Source: Bacteroidetes bacterium HGW-Bacteroidetes-17 (GTDB lineage: Bacteria > Bacteroidota > Bacteroidia > Bacteroidales > GCA-2711565). From it: DNA of 64,000 bases. This document shows, piece after piece, positions 35,853 to 50,249 of the stretch. The position numbers and the translations under genes were made by a program. The notes beneath the pieces were generated by a model. It searched no databases and had not been told where the DNA came from. It worked only from the letters and a program-made list of their open reading frames with translations. Location of the stretch: contig PHDM01000007.1 in the NCBI GenBank assembly GCA_002840985.1, forward strand, positions 787 to 64,786, written 5' to 3'. The number at the start of each line of letters is the position of its first letter. Position 1 is the first letter of the stretch.

Positions 35853-37124
35853 ATGAGCAGCATCAAACAAAACAAGAATTCCTATGTTATATCAATTTCA
35901 ATTATAGGGGCATTATTCTTTATTTTTGGATTTGTAACCTGGTTGAATGCGACCTTAATACCCTACTTGAAAATTGCCTGCGAATTAAGTACGGATGCAG
36001 AAGCTTATTTGGTTACCTCTGCTTTTTATATTTCATACTTTGTAATGGCACTTCCTTCGTCATGGGTCTTGAAAAAAATTGGGTTTAAAAATGGAATGTC
36101 GCTTGGATTGTTTGTAATGGCCATTGGGTCCTTGGTATTTATTCCTGCAGCGCTTTCACGAACATACGGTTTGTTTTTAACGGGTCTTTTTATTCAAGGT
36201 ACAGGTTTGTCAATACTTCAAACAGCGGCAAATCCATATGTTACCATTTTAGGGCCGATCGAAAGTGCTGCTAAACGAATCAGCATCATGGGCATTGCCA
36301 ATAAAGTTGCAGGGATTTTAAGTCCGTTAATTTTGGGTGTAATTGTTTTGGATGGGATCGATAATCTGGTTGAAAACCTTAAGGTAATGACCATTTCTGA
36401 AAAAGCAATCGAATTGGATCAGCTTGCCGAAAGGGTGATTCTTCCTTATATAATAATGGCTATTGTCTTGGTAGTGCTTTCAATCCTTTTAAAATTTATG
36501 GCTCTGCCCGATATTAATGAAGAGGAGGAAATCGAAGATGTAATCAGGAAAAAAGAAAGCATATTTCAACATACCTATTTATGGCTTGGGGTATTGGCAT
36601 TGTTTTTATATGTCGGCGCAGAAGTAATTGCTGTTGATACCCTCATAGGGTATGGCAAATTTCTGGGATTTGATTTTTCCACAGCCAAATTCTTTGCCTC
36701 ATTTACTTTGGGAGGAATGGTGTTTGGGTATGTTTTAGGAATATTATTAATCCCTAAATACCTGAAGCAGGAAAATGCCTTAAAATATTCTGCCATACTG
36801 GGTGTTTTATTTTCGATTGCAGCAATACTATCTTCCGGGTATGTTTCTGTTACAGCAATCGCATTGCTCGGATTTGCAAATGCGATCATGTGGCCTGCAA
36901 TTTGGCCTCTGGCTATTGCCGGACTTGGGAAATACACAAAAATTGGTTCAGCATTTTTGATTATGGCTATTGCTGGCGGAGCAATTTTGACTTTGATTTA
37001 TGGAACATTATCAGACATGCCTGCGATTGGAGCACAAAAAGCATATGTATTGTTAATCCCATGTTATTTATTCATTTTATATTTTGCAACAAAAGGTCAT
37101 TTGATTGGGAAAAGTAAGAAGTAG
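35853..37124 (+). CDS. MFS sugar permease (glucose/galactose GluP / FucP family)
   Basis: 423 aa with about 12 TM segments. 'FFIFGFVTWLNATLIPYLK' and 'ILQTAANPYVTILGP' are typical of the FHS family. Confidence 0.85.
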   Translation: MSSIKQNKNSYVISISIIGALFFIFGFVTWLNATLIPYLKIACELSTDAEAYLVTSAFYISYFVMALPSSWVLKKIGFKNGMSLGLFVMAIGSLVFIPAALSRTYGLFLTGLFIQGTGLSILQTAANPYVTILGPIESAAKRISIMGIANKVAGILSPLILGVIVLDGIDNLVENLKVMTISEKAIELDQLAERVILPYIIMAIVLVVLSILLKFMALPDINEEEEIEDVIRKKESIFQHTYLWLGVLALFLYVGAEVIAVDTLIGYGKFLGFDFSTAKFFASFTLGGMVFGYVLGILLIPKYLKQENALKYSAILGVLFSIAAILSSGYVSVTAIALLGFANAIMWPAIWPLAIAGLGKYTKIGSAFLIMAIAGGAILTLIYGTLSDMPAIGAQKAYVLLIPCYLFILYFATKGHLIGKSKK

Positions 37125-37230
37125 AAATACTTAAAGTGAACTAAAGTTTAAAGTGCCTGAAATAAAAAAAGGAATCATGAGATGAATGAAAAAGAACAAA
37201 CTCTAAGTACTCCAGGCACTTTAAGTATTT
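37125..37230. other. Long-range inverted repeat (hairpin) with a duplicated left arm
   Basis: The right arm caggcactttaagtattt (37213-37230) is complementary to aaatacttaaagtg (37125-37138) and to taaagtgcctg (37149-37159). The loop is about 53 nt. Confidence 0.55.
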
Positions 37231-37274
37231 TAGTTACTTGATTCTCTTTTAAAAAATATTTAATCAATGTAAAA

Positions 37275-38180
37275 ATGAAACCAACACTATTAATACTTGC
37301 TGCCGGATTAGGAAGTCGTTACGGTGGCATAAAACAGATGGATAAAATTGGTCCTTCAGGTGAAAGCATTATTGATTACTCAATTTTTGATGCGATCAGA
37401 GCCGGTTTTGGAAAGGTGGTTTTTGTGATCAATAAAAAAATTGAAAAGGATTTTATTGAGATTTTTGAACCAAAGCTGAAAGGGAAAATAATAACTGAAT
37501 ATGTTCTTCAGGAGATTGAAAAATTGCCCAATGGATTTATTTGTCCGGCTGATAGAGAAAAACCTTGGGGTACGGCTCACGCGATATTAGCTGCAAAAGA
37601 TAAGATCAACGAACCCTTTGCTGTGATTAATGCCGATGATTTTTATGGGGCAAATGCATATAAAACCGTGATTGATTATTTCAAAAAAATCAGTCCTGAA
37701 AGTAATGAATATTGCATGGTTGGATATCAATTGGGAAATACCATCACCGAGCATGGTTCCGTTTCGAGAGGCGTTTGTATTGTTGATAAGGATAATTTTT
37801 TGCTGAGGGTTGATGAGCAAACAAAAATTCAAAAAACCCATGATGCAATCGGATATTATGAAGATGAAACAGATTGGGTAAAACTTCATGCAAATACAAC
37901 AGTTTCAATGAATATCTGGGGGTTCACTCCAGGCTTTTTCTCTTTTCTTGAAAAAGGATTCGTAAAGTTTTTAAGTGAACAAATCAATGTTCCTAAATCT
38001 GAATACTTCATCCCAACGGAGGTTACCCATTTAATAAAGACCAATCAAGCCAGGGTGAAAGTGTTGGAGAGCGATGCAAAGTGGTTCGGGGTAACTTATA
38101 AGGAAGATAAAGCATTTGTAATCGAAAGTATAAACCGGTTGGTAAATCAAAATATTTACCCGGATAATTTGTGGAGATAA
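37275..38180 (+). CDS. Sugar-1-phosphate nucleotidylyltransferase family protein
   Basis: 301 aa. N-terminal NTP-binding loop 'LILAAGLGSRYGGIKQMD', 'PWGTAHAIL', 'VINADDFYG'. Confidence 0.75.
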   Translation: MKPTLLILAAGLGSRYGGIKQMDKIGPSGESIIDYSIFDAIRAGFGKVVFVINKKIEKDFIEIFEPKLKGKIITEYVLQEIEKLPNGFICPADREKPWGTAHAILAAKDKINEPFAVINADDFYGANAYKTVIDYFKKISPESNEYCMVGYQLGNTITEHGSVSRGVCIVDKDNFLLRVDEQTKIQKTHDAIGYYEDETDWVKLHANTTVSMNIWGFTPGFFSFLEKGFVKFLSEQINVPKSEYFIPTEVTHLIKTNQARVKVLESDAKWFGVTYKEDKAFVIESINRLVNQNIYPDNLWR

Positions 38181-38184
38181 GAGG

Positions 38185-42413
<4,229 letters not shown>

Positions 42414-42439
42414 CATCATAAAGTATAACACTACTAACT

Positions 42440-43810
42440 ATGCACGAAAATAAGAATTATACAGCAGCCTTTATTATTGTTACCGGACTCTTTTTCATGT
42501 GGGGTTTCATGACGGTTTTAAATGATATTCTCATTCCATATTTGAAAGGAGTTTTTGATTTAAATCATACGCAGGCCATGTTTATCCAGTTTGCTTTTTT
42601 TGGTGCCTATTTTATTGGCTCGCTTATTTATTTTATCATCTCGGTGAATTATGGCGATCCTATCAGTAAGATTGGTTATAAAAACGGGATTATTGTTGGC
42701 TTAATCATTTCAGCAACAGGTAGTGCATTATTTTATCCAGCAGCTCATTTTTTGATGTATGGATTTTTTCTGTCGGCTTTGTTTGTGATGGGCTTAGGAT
42801 TTACAATTTTACAGATTGCTGCTAATCCCTATGTGGCCATTTTGGGATCCGAAAAAACGGCTTCAAGCCGGTTGAACCTTTCACAGGGATTTAATTCTCT
42901 TGGAACAACCATCGGGCCCCTCATTGGTGGATACTTGATTTTTAAATACTTTGTTGGTGGAGAAATTAACGGAGCAGATGCAGTTCAGGTTCCATACTTA
43001 TTCTTTACAGGAATATTTATTTTATTGGCTATTTTAATAAAGCTGTCTGATTTGCCCCGGCTTACCAAAGATGAAACGCTTGAAAAAGGGCTCAGCGTTT
43101 TAAAGCACAAACACTTGATATTTGGAATCATAGCCATATTCATGTATGTTGGGGGAGAGGTAAGTATAGGAAGCATTTTAATCAGCTTTTTAGGCTTGGA
43201 AAATATTGCAGGCTTGGATCCGTCGGTGGCAAGCAAGTTTGTGGCATTTTATTGGGGTGGATTGATGATTGGCCGATTTATGGGTGCAATTTCAATGAGT
43301 AAAATGAAAAATATGGTTTTAAAATACCTAAGCATGTTAGGAATTCCAGTCATCGCGTTTTTGGTCATTCTTTATTTTAATGATCTTCGAACAGCCGCTA
43401 TCTATTCAATCTTCCTTTTAATCAATTTTATCGGATTTTTATTCGGAAAATCATTGCCAAACCGAACCCTTTTTGTCTTCGCCTTTATCTCTGTCATGTT
43501 ATTGGTTACAGCCTTACTAACGAACGGCGTAGTTGCCATGTGGGCGGTAATCGGGATAGGGTTGTTCAATTCAATCATGTGGTCGAATATTTTTACTTTG
43601 GCAATAGCAGGTTTAGGTAAATATACAAGCCAGGGTTCATCCTTGCTCGTTATGGCGATTCTTGGCGGAGCTTTGGTCCCGGTATTTCAAGGAATGATGG
43701 CAGATGCCTATGGTGTTCATTTTTCATTTGTCGTTCCAATTTTATGTTATTTATATATTGCCTTTTATGGCTTAAAAGGGTATATTCAAAAAGTTGAAAA
43801 ATCAATTTAA
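42440..43810 (+). CDS. MFS sugar permease (FucP / glucose-galactose family), second copy
   Basis: 456 aa. 'LFFMWGFMTVLNDILIPYLK' and 'ILQIAANPYVAILGS'. Paralogous to the 35853-37124 gene. Confidence 0.85.
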   Translation: MHENKNYTAAFIIVTGLFFMWGFMTVLNDILIPYLKGVFDLNHTQAMFIQFAFFGAYFIGSLIYFIISVNYGDPISKIGYKNGIIVGLIISATGSALFYPAAHFLMYGFFLSALFVMGLGFTILQIAANPYVAILGSEKTASSRLNLSQGFNSLGTTIGPLIGGYLIFKYFVGGEINGADAVQVPYLFFTGIFILLAILIKLSDLPRLTKDETLEKGLSVLKHKHLIFGIIAIFMYVGGEVSIGSILISFLGLENIAGLDPSVASKFVAFYWGGLMIGRFMGAISMSKMKNMVLKYLSMLGIPVIAFLVILYFNDLRTAAIYSIFLLINFIGFLFGKSLPNRTLFVFAFISVMLLVTALLTNGVVAMWAVIGIGLFNSIMWSNIFTLAIAGLGKYTSQGSSLLVMAILGGALVPVFQGMMADAYGVHFSFVVPILCYLYIAFYGLKGYIQKVEKSI

Positions 43811-43812
43811 TT

Positions 43813-44805
43813 ATGATAAGCAGAAGAAAATTTATTGCCGCATCGTCCGCAGTTGCTTTAGGTGCTATCGTGAAACCGGTGTTTGCAAATGTTAAAAGCT
43901 TGACAAAAGAAGATTCGCAAGTAAAAAAAGAAATGATCCCCATGGTAATTTCAACCTGGAATCATGGGATCCCGGCCAATGAAGCTGCATGGAAAGTGCT
44001 TGAAACGGGAGGAAATTCGCTGGATGCAGTTGAGCAAGGAGTACAAATACCTGAAGCGGATCCAAACGTAATGTCGGTTGGATATGGAGGATTTCCCGAT
44101 CGTGATGGACATGTAACCCTTGATGCTTGCATTATGAATAAAGATGGGGATTGTGGCTCAGTTTCCTTTCTTCAACACATCAAACACCCGATTGCTGTTG
44201 CCCGAAAAGTGATGGAAGAAACTCCGCATGTAATGCTTTCAGGTGAAGGTGCATTGCAGTTTGCGCTTGAGCAAGGTTTTGTGAAAGAAAACTTGTTGAC
44301 CGATCAGGCAAAAAAAGCATGGGAAGAATGGAAAGTAAATTCAAAATATCTTCCTAAAATCAATGCAGAAAATCATGATACGATCGGCATGCTGGCTATT
44401 GATGAAGCAGGTGATATCGCCGGAGCCTGCACTACAAGTGGAGCGGCTTATAAATATCACGGACGAGTGGGTGATTCTCCAATCATAGGTGCCGGATTAT
44501 ATATCGATAATGAAGTTGGAGGAGCTGTTGCTACAGGACAAGGGGAGTTGGTGATGAAAACGTTGGGTACTTTTCTGGTAGTCGAGTTGATGCGGAATGG
44601 AATGAACCCTCAGGAAGCCTGTAAAGAGGCGGTAAAAAGAATTGTGACTAAATTGAAAAATTACAAAGAATTTCAAGTTGGGTATTTGGCAATCAATAAA
44701 TCGGCAGAAGTTGGATCCTATTGTATCCACCCGGGATTTAATTATGCGCTATATCAAAATGATAAGAATACTTTAATTGATTCGGATAGTTATCTAAAAT
44801 CATAA
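43813..44805 (+). CDS. N4-(beta-N-acetylglucosaminyl)-L-asparaginase (glycosylasparaginase, Ntn hydrolase)
   Basis: 330 aa. Twin-arginine-like signal 'SRRKFIAASSAVALGA', autoprocessing/nucleophile site 'HDTIGMLAID', and 'GRVGDSPIIGAG'. Confidence 0.9.
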   Translation: MISRRKFIAASSAVALGAIVKPVFANVKSLTKEDSQVKKEMIPMVISTWNHGIPANEAAWKVLETGGNSLDAVEQGVQIPEADPNVMSVGYGGFPDRDGHVTLDACIMNKDGDCGSVSFLQHIKHPIAVARKVMEETPHVMLSGEGALQFALEQGFVKENLLTDQAKKAWEEWKVNSKYLPKINAENHDTIGMLAIDEAGDIAGACTTSGAAYKYHGRVGDSPIIGAGLYIDNEVGGAVATGQGELVMKTLGTFLVVELMRNGMNPQEACKEAVKRIVTKLKNYKEFQVGYLAINKSAEVGSYCIHPGFNYALYQNDKNTLIDSDSYLKS

Positions 44806-44931
44806 AAAATGAAACGACCTTAATGAAAGTTTAGCATTCACGAAAATGATGATAATATCTGACATAATTTCATGTGTAGGCAAACTTTTTGGGAGTTCCA
44901 TCTGACAAATGAAAATAAAAATTATAAACAG

Positions 44932-47283
44932 ATGAAAAGGCTATTTATTTTTCCAATAATCATACTGTTCGCCTTGTTTTACACATCCTGCGATCAACAA
45001 CCAATCAGTTCTGAAGTCAATATTATTCCCAGGCCATCGAATTTGTTTATGGCTAATTCCTACTTTAAAGTCAATGACAAAACGAAAATCGTGTTACAGG
45101 TAGATAATGATGAAATGAGGATGCTGGGTGGATATCTCGCATCGGCGCTTCATAAAATAAGTGGCCTGGAACTTCCGGTAATTCTTTATGATGAAGCAAG
45201 GGAAGTAAATGGAGATATTGTACTCCTGCTCTCTGGGATGGGGAATAGAAGCGATGAAGCTTACCAGTTTGAATACAGAAATTCAAATTATATTTTGGAA
45301 TCCAGAACCGGAAAGGGATTGTTTTATGCAATTCAATCTTTTTTGCAATTGATCCCGATAGAAGTTTTAACTGCTGAAAATTACGGACAGTTCGAAATTC
45401 CGGGTGTCAATATGAATGATAGCCCAAGATTTACCTACCGGGGAATGCATTTAGATGTATCAAGGCATTTCTTTCCGAAAGAGTTTATCCTGAAATTTAT
45501 TGACCTCATGGCTTCTTATAAATTCAACACTTTTCATTGGCATTTAACCGACGACAATGGGTGGCGAATTGAAATTAAAAAGTATCCGCTTTTAACCGAG
45601 GTGGCAGCCTGGCATGTTGATAGGGAAGATCAGCCCTGGCGGGAAAGGGAACTTCAAAAGCCCGGTGAAGAAGCTAGTTATGGAGGTTTCTATACACAGG
45701 AAGAAGTTAAAGAAATCATCAAATACGCACAGGATCGTTACATTACCATAATTCCTGAGATCGAAATGCCGGGTCATACCCGGGAAGTTTTTGCAGCTTA
45801 TCCCGAATTATCCTGTACCGGTAAAAAGTTGACAGTTATCCCGGGATCTTATTGGCCAAATGCAGATATTTTTTGTGCCGGAAAAGAAGAAACTTTTAAT
45901 TTTTTGGAAGGTGTTTTGGATGAAGTGATTGAGCTATTTCCGTCTGAATATATTCACATTGGCGGGGATGAAGCTGATAAAACCGAATGGAAAAAATGTA
46001 AATTATGTCAGGCCCGGATTAAAAAAGAAGGATTGAAAAATGAGGCTGAACTGCAGAGTTATTTCATTAAGAGGATTGAGGCGTATGTAATTTCTAAAGG
46101 AAAGAAAATAATTGGATGGGATGAAATTTTAGAGGGTGGTCTTGCTCCCGAAGCAACGGTCATGTCATGGCGTAGCATGCAGGGTGGCATCGATGCTGCA
46201 AAACAAGGGCACGATGTGATCATGACTCCGGTTTCACACTGTTATTTTGACTATTATCAGGCCGATCCCGAATTTGAACCTGTTGCCATTGGCGGATTCA
46301 CTACTTTAAAGAAAGTGTATTCGTTTGAACCTGTTCCTCCCGAGTTATCGGAAGAAGAAGCAAAACATGTTCTGGGAACTCAGGCCAATATCTGGAGCGA
46401 ATTTATTCCCACACCCGAACATGCTGAATACATGGCGGTCCCAAGAATGCTGGCCCTGGCTGAAGTTGCTTGGACCATGAAGAAGAAAAGGGATTTCAAC
46501 CATTTTAATCGCCGACTTCAGGAACATTTTAAAATATTGGATCATAAAAATATTAATTACTCCAAGGGTTCTTATAAGGTAGATTTTGTTACAGAAACTG
46601 ATTCTTTGGGGACTACAAAAGTGAAACTTGAATCCGAGATTTGGGAAGCAAAAATTCATTATACGATAGATGGAAGTACTCCTGATACAAGCTCAACTTT
46701 TTACAGGAATCCATTCGAAATTGAGAAATCGTGCAGCATAAATGCAGGAATATTTGTTGACGGAAAATTAAAAGAAAAAATAAGCAAGCAGGAAATCTTT
46801 GTTCATAAGGCATTGGGTAAAAAAATAACTTTGAAAAAGCAATTTAGCAACCTATATACAGGTGGTCGTGATGACGCTTTGATTGATGGAATTAAAGGGG
46901 GTGAAAAGCACAATAATGGTTTCTGGCAAGGTTTCCAAGGCGATAATTTGGAAGCTGTAATTGATTTTGGGAAACTTACAAGCTTCAATAAGATTGAAAT
47001 CGGATTTTTTCAACGACAGTCAAGTTGGATTTTCTTTCCCGAATACGTTGATATTTATATATCAGATGATGGCAAGGAATTTAAAAAGCTTGCAAATATT
47101 CCAACGGAAATTTCGTTGAAAGATGAAAAAGCCCAAAGGAAAGATTATAGCTATGTTGACAGCGGAGATCATACGATGAGGTATTTAAAAGTTTTAGCAA
47201 AAAATATTGGAATTTGTCCAAAGTGGCATCCGGCTGCGGGAAGCAAAGCTTGGATTTTTGCTGATGAAATAATCATTAACTAA
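44932..47283 (+). CDS. GH20 beta-N-acetylhexosaminidase lipoprotein with a CHB_HEX_C-like plus discoidin (F5/8 type C) tail
   Basis: Lipobox 'FALFYTSC', 'FHWHLTDDNGWRIEIKKYP', catalytic pair 'IHIGGDEA'. I prefer the ATG at 44932 over the ORF-track start at 44872. Confidence 0.92.
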   Translation: MKRLFIFPIIILFALFYTSCDQQPISSEVNIIPRPSNLFMANSYFKVNDKTKIVLQVDNDEMRMLGGYLASALHKISGLELPVILYDEAREVNGDIVLLLSGMGNRSDEAYQFEYRNSNYILESRTGKGLFYAIQSFLQLIPIEVLTAENYGQFEIPGVNMNDSPRFTYRGMHLDVSRHFFPKEFILKFIDLMASYKFNTFHWHLTDDNGWRIEIKKYPLLTEVAAWHVDREDQPWRERELQKPGEEASYGGFYTQEEVKEIIKYAQDRYITIIPEIEMPGHTREVFAAYPELSCTGKKLTVIPGSYWPNADIFCAGKEETFNFLEGVLDEVIELFPSEYIHIGGDEADKTEWKKCKLCQARIKKEGLKNEAELQSYFIKRIEAYVISKGKKIIGWDEILEGGLAPEATVMSWRSMQGGIDAAKQGHDVIMTPVSHCYFDYYQADPEFEPVAIGGFTTLKKVYSFEPVPPELSEEEAKHVLGTQANIWSEFIPTPEHAEYMAVPRMLALAEVAWTMKKKRDFNHFNRRLQEHFKILDHKNINYSKGSYKVDFVTETDSLGTTKVKLESEIWEAKIHYTIDGSTPDTSSTFYRNPFEIEKSCSINAGIFVDGKLKEKISKQEIFVHKALGKKITLKKQFSNLYTGGRDDALIDGIKGGEKHNNGFWQGFQGDNLEAVIDFGKLTSFNKIEIGFFQRQSSWIFFPEYVDIYISDDGKEFKKLANIPTEISLKDEKAQRKDYSYVDSGDHTMRYLKVLAKNIGICPKWHPAAGSKAWIFADEIIIN

Positions 47284-47293
47284 CATTGATGTG

Positions 47294-50248
47294 ATGAACA
47301 GGTTAAATCTTATTGGAGTTTTAATGATATCTGTCATGATATCCTCATGTTCCCAACAGGGAAAGACGATTGTTGAATACGTTAATCCATTTATTGGAAC
47401 GGATGGCCACGGCCATACCTACCCTGGTGCTGCTTTGCCTTTCGGGATGGTTCAACTGAGCCCTGACACGCGAAAAGACAATTGGGATGCGTGCTCGGGG
47501 TATCATTATTCCGATTCGACCATCATGGGATTTAGCCACACCCATTTGAGTGGGACGGGGGTTGGTGATTATGGTGATATTCGATTAATGCCAACGGTGG
47601 GTGAAGTTCAGCTTTTCCCCGGAGAAGAAAAAAATCCTTCATCAGGGTATAGATCAAGCTTCTCACATAAAAGTGAAACAGCAAGTCCAGGTTTTTACTC
47701 GGTACATCTCGACGAATACGATATTAAGGTAGAATTAACAGTTGATGAAAGGTTTGGATTTCATAAATATATTTTCCCTGAAATTAACCAGGCTAATGTC
47801 ATCATTGATTTGACAGAGGCTGTTACCAGTGATAAAATCAATGATTTGGGGATTAAAATCCTTGATCATAAAAGCATTGTAGGTTATCGAAAAACCCAGG
47901 GTTGGGCCAAGGATCAACAAATATATTTTTATTTGGAATTTTCAAAGGAGTTTAAAAATTTCGGAATCCTTTCGGAAGGGCTCAGTATTAATGATTTAAA
48001 TAAGGAAATTACATCAAAAAACCTGAAAGCATTTGTTCAATTCGCGACTCAAAAAGATGAGGCTGTTTATGTAAAAGTTGGAATTAGTGCGGTCAGCAGT
48101 GAAAATGCAAAGCTGAATTTAGGTGAAAATACCGAATGGAATTTTGAGAATATCAGAATGAATGCACAAAATGCCTGGCTGGATCAACTTTCCAGAATTC
48201 AAATTAAAGGTGGCACCGATGCACAAAAAACAACTTTTTATACTGCACTTTATCACAGCTTGCTAAACCCCAATCTTTTTTCGGATATCAATGGAGAATA
48301 TCGTGGGCATGATGGCGAAAAACATAAAGGGGAATATAAGATGTATACTGTTTTTTCTTTATGGGATACTTTTCGGGCTGCACATCCATTATTTACAATG
48401 ATTGAACAGAAGAGAACCAATGAGTTCATCGTTTCGATGTTGGATATGTACGATAAAGGAGGATTGTTACCTGTTTGGGAACTGGCGGGGAATGAAACCA
48501 ATTGCATGATTGGCTATCATGCAATTTCAGTGATTTATGATGCTTATAAAAAGGGTATTCGTGATTATGATGTTGAAAAAGCATTGGCTGCAATGGTTGC
48601 CAGTGCACATGCCGATCAGTTCGGCTTAAAATTCCTGAGAGAAGAAGGCTATATCCCGGCAGGAAAAGAAGGCGAATCGGTTTCAAAAACACTGGAATAT
48701 GCTTACGATGATTGGTGCATTGCCATGATGGCAAAAGATTTGGGGAAGGAAGATATTTATTTGGAATTCATTGAACGCGCACAGTTTTATAAAAATATTT
48801 TTGATAAAGAAACCGGATTTATGAGGGGTAAAATTAATGGAGCATTTGTTAGCCCATTTGATCCGACTCAGGTAAATTTTATGTTGACCGAAGCCAATAC
48901 CTGGCAGTATAATTTCTTCGTCCCGCATGATGTGAATGGCTTGATCAATTTGCTGGGAGGAAAAAATCAATTTGAAGCAAAGCTGGATGAACTATTCAAT
49001 ACAAGTGAAGGGCTTTCCGGTCGCCAACAATCGGACATAACAGGTTTAATAGGACAATATGCCCATGGCAACGAACCCAGTCATCACATGGCTTATTTAT
49101 ACGATTATATTGGAGCTCCTGCCAAAGGAGCCAAGGTGCTTCGGAAAATCATGGATGAGTTATATACGGATCAACCAAGCGGATTGTGCGGCAATGAGGA
49201 TTGCGGTCAGATGTCGGCCTGGTATGTGTTAAGTGCGCTGGGATTTTATCCTGTTTGCCCTGGCGATAATCAATACATCATTGGAACACCCTTATTCGAT
49301 GAAATCAGCATTAATTTGGAAAACGGAAAAAAACTCACGATTAAATCTGAGAATCTGAGTAAGGAAAACAGTTATATTCAAGCAATAAAATATAATGGTG
49401 TGGATTATTCAAAATCTTATTTCACCCACGAAATGTTGATGGAGGGTGGTGAATTCGTATATATGATGGGATCAACACCTTCCGATTGGGGAACCAAGGC
49501 CGAAGATTGTCCAACATCTTCAATCACTGAGCATCTGATTTCTCCCGTTCCTTATTTTAAATCTGAATCCAGAACTTTTACTGAAAAATTGGTTGTTGAA
49601 TTGGCTTCCATCAATCCTGAAACAGAAATATTTTACTCAACAAATGGCAAAGATCCGGATCAAACATCAAAAAAATATACCGATCCAATCATTATATCGA
49701 AAAGCACAAGTTTTAAAGCAATTGCTTATCTAAATGGAATTCCATCGAAAGTGGCAAATGCAGAGTACAATAAAATACAAGGAGGAAGAAAAGTAAGTGT
49801 AAAGAATGCCTTTAGTGCGCAATACACCGCAGGTGGAGAGCAAGCGTTACTTGATTTTATACGTGGAGGAGAAAACTTTAGAACAGGTGCCTGGCAAGGA
49901 TATTATGGGGTTGATTTTGAGGCAGTGGTTGATTTGGGTGAATCTCAGCAAATTAGTGGACTTTCAGCCGGGTTTCATCAGGAGCAAAACTCATGGATTT
50001 GGATGCCGCTCTATGTTGAATTTTTCACTTCCGATGATGGGCAGCAGTACCGTAAAATTTCAAGGATTGAAAACGATGTTGACCCAAAAATAGACGGAGG
50101 AGTGGTTAAAGAGTTTGGGGTAAATTACGTGAATAAGAAAGCACGTTACATCAAGGTATTAGCAAAAAATATTGAGGTTTGTCCCGATTGGCACGTTGGA
50201 GCCGGTAACAAAGCCTGGATTTTTGTGGATGAAATAACGATTCGATAA
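47294..50248 (+). CDS. GH92 alpha-mannosidase lipoprotein with the same two-module C-terminal tail
   Basis: Lipobox 'VMISSC'. GH92 signatures 'GTDGHGHTYPGAALPFGMVQLSPDT', 'GFSHTHLSGTG', 'YAHGNEPSHH', 'GNEDCGQMSAWY'. Confidence 0.92.
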   Translation: MNRLNLIGVLMISVMISSCSQQGKTIVEYVNPFIGTDGHGHTYPGAALPFGMVQLSPDTRKDNWDACSGYHYSDSTIMGFSHTHLSGTGVGDYGDIRLMPTVGEVQLFPGEEKNPSSGYRSSFSHKSETASPGFYSVHLDEYDIKVELTVDERFGFHKYIFPEINQANVIIDLTEAVTSDKINDLGIKILDHKSIVGYRKTQGWAKDQQIYFYLEFSKEFKNFGILSEGLSINDLNKEITSKNLKAFVQFATQKDEAVYVKVGISAVSSENAKLNLGENTEWNFENIRMNAQNAWLDQLSRIQIKGGTDAQKTTFYTALYHSLLNPNLFSDINGEYRGHDGEKHKGEYKMYTVFSLWDTFRAAHPLFTMIEQKRTNEFIVSMLDMYDKGGLLPVWELAGNETNCMIGYHAISVIYDAYKKGIRDYDVEKALAAMVASAHADQFGLKFLREEGYIPAGKEGESVSKTLEYAYDDWCIAMMAKDLGKEDIYLEFIERAQFYKNIFDKETGFMRGKINGAFVSPFDPTQVNFMLTEANTWQYNFFVPHDVNGLINLLGGKNQFEAKLDELFNTSEGLSGRQQSDITGLIGQYAHGNEPSHHMAYLYDYIGAPAKGAKVLRKIMDELYTDQPSGLCGNEDCGQMSAWYVLSALGFYPVCPGDNQYIIGTPLFDEISINLENGKKLTIKSENLSKENSYIQAIKYNGVDYSKSYFTHEMLMEGGEFVYMMGSTPSDWGTKAEDCPTSSITEHLISPVPYFKSESRTFTEKLVVELASINPETEIFYSTNGKDPDQTSKKYTDPIIISKSTSFKAIAYLNGIPSKVANAEYNKIQGGRKVSVKNAFSAQYTAGGEQALLDFIRGGENFRTGAWQGYYGVDFEAVVDLGESQQISGLSAGFHQEQNSWIWMPLYVEFFTSDDGQQYRKISRIENDVDPKIDGGVVKEFGVNYVNKKARYIKVLAKNIEVCPDWHVGAGNKAWIFVDEITIR

Positions 50249-50249
50249 A

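Noticed and set aside
37182-37241. A 19-codon ORF (MNEKEQTLSTPGTLSILVT) inside the long hairpin loop and arm, as a possible leader peptide.
   Set aside because: It is too short to evaluate, and I can see no codon bias or conservation evidence. I mention it in the hairpin finding but do not annotate it.
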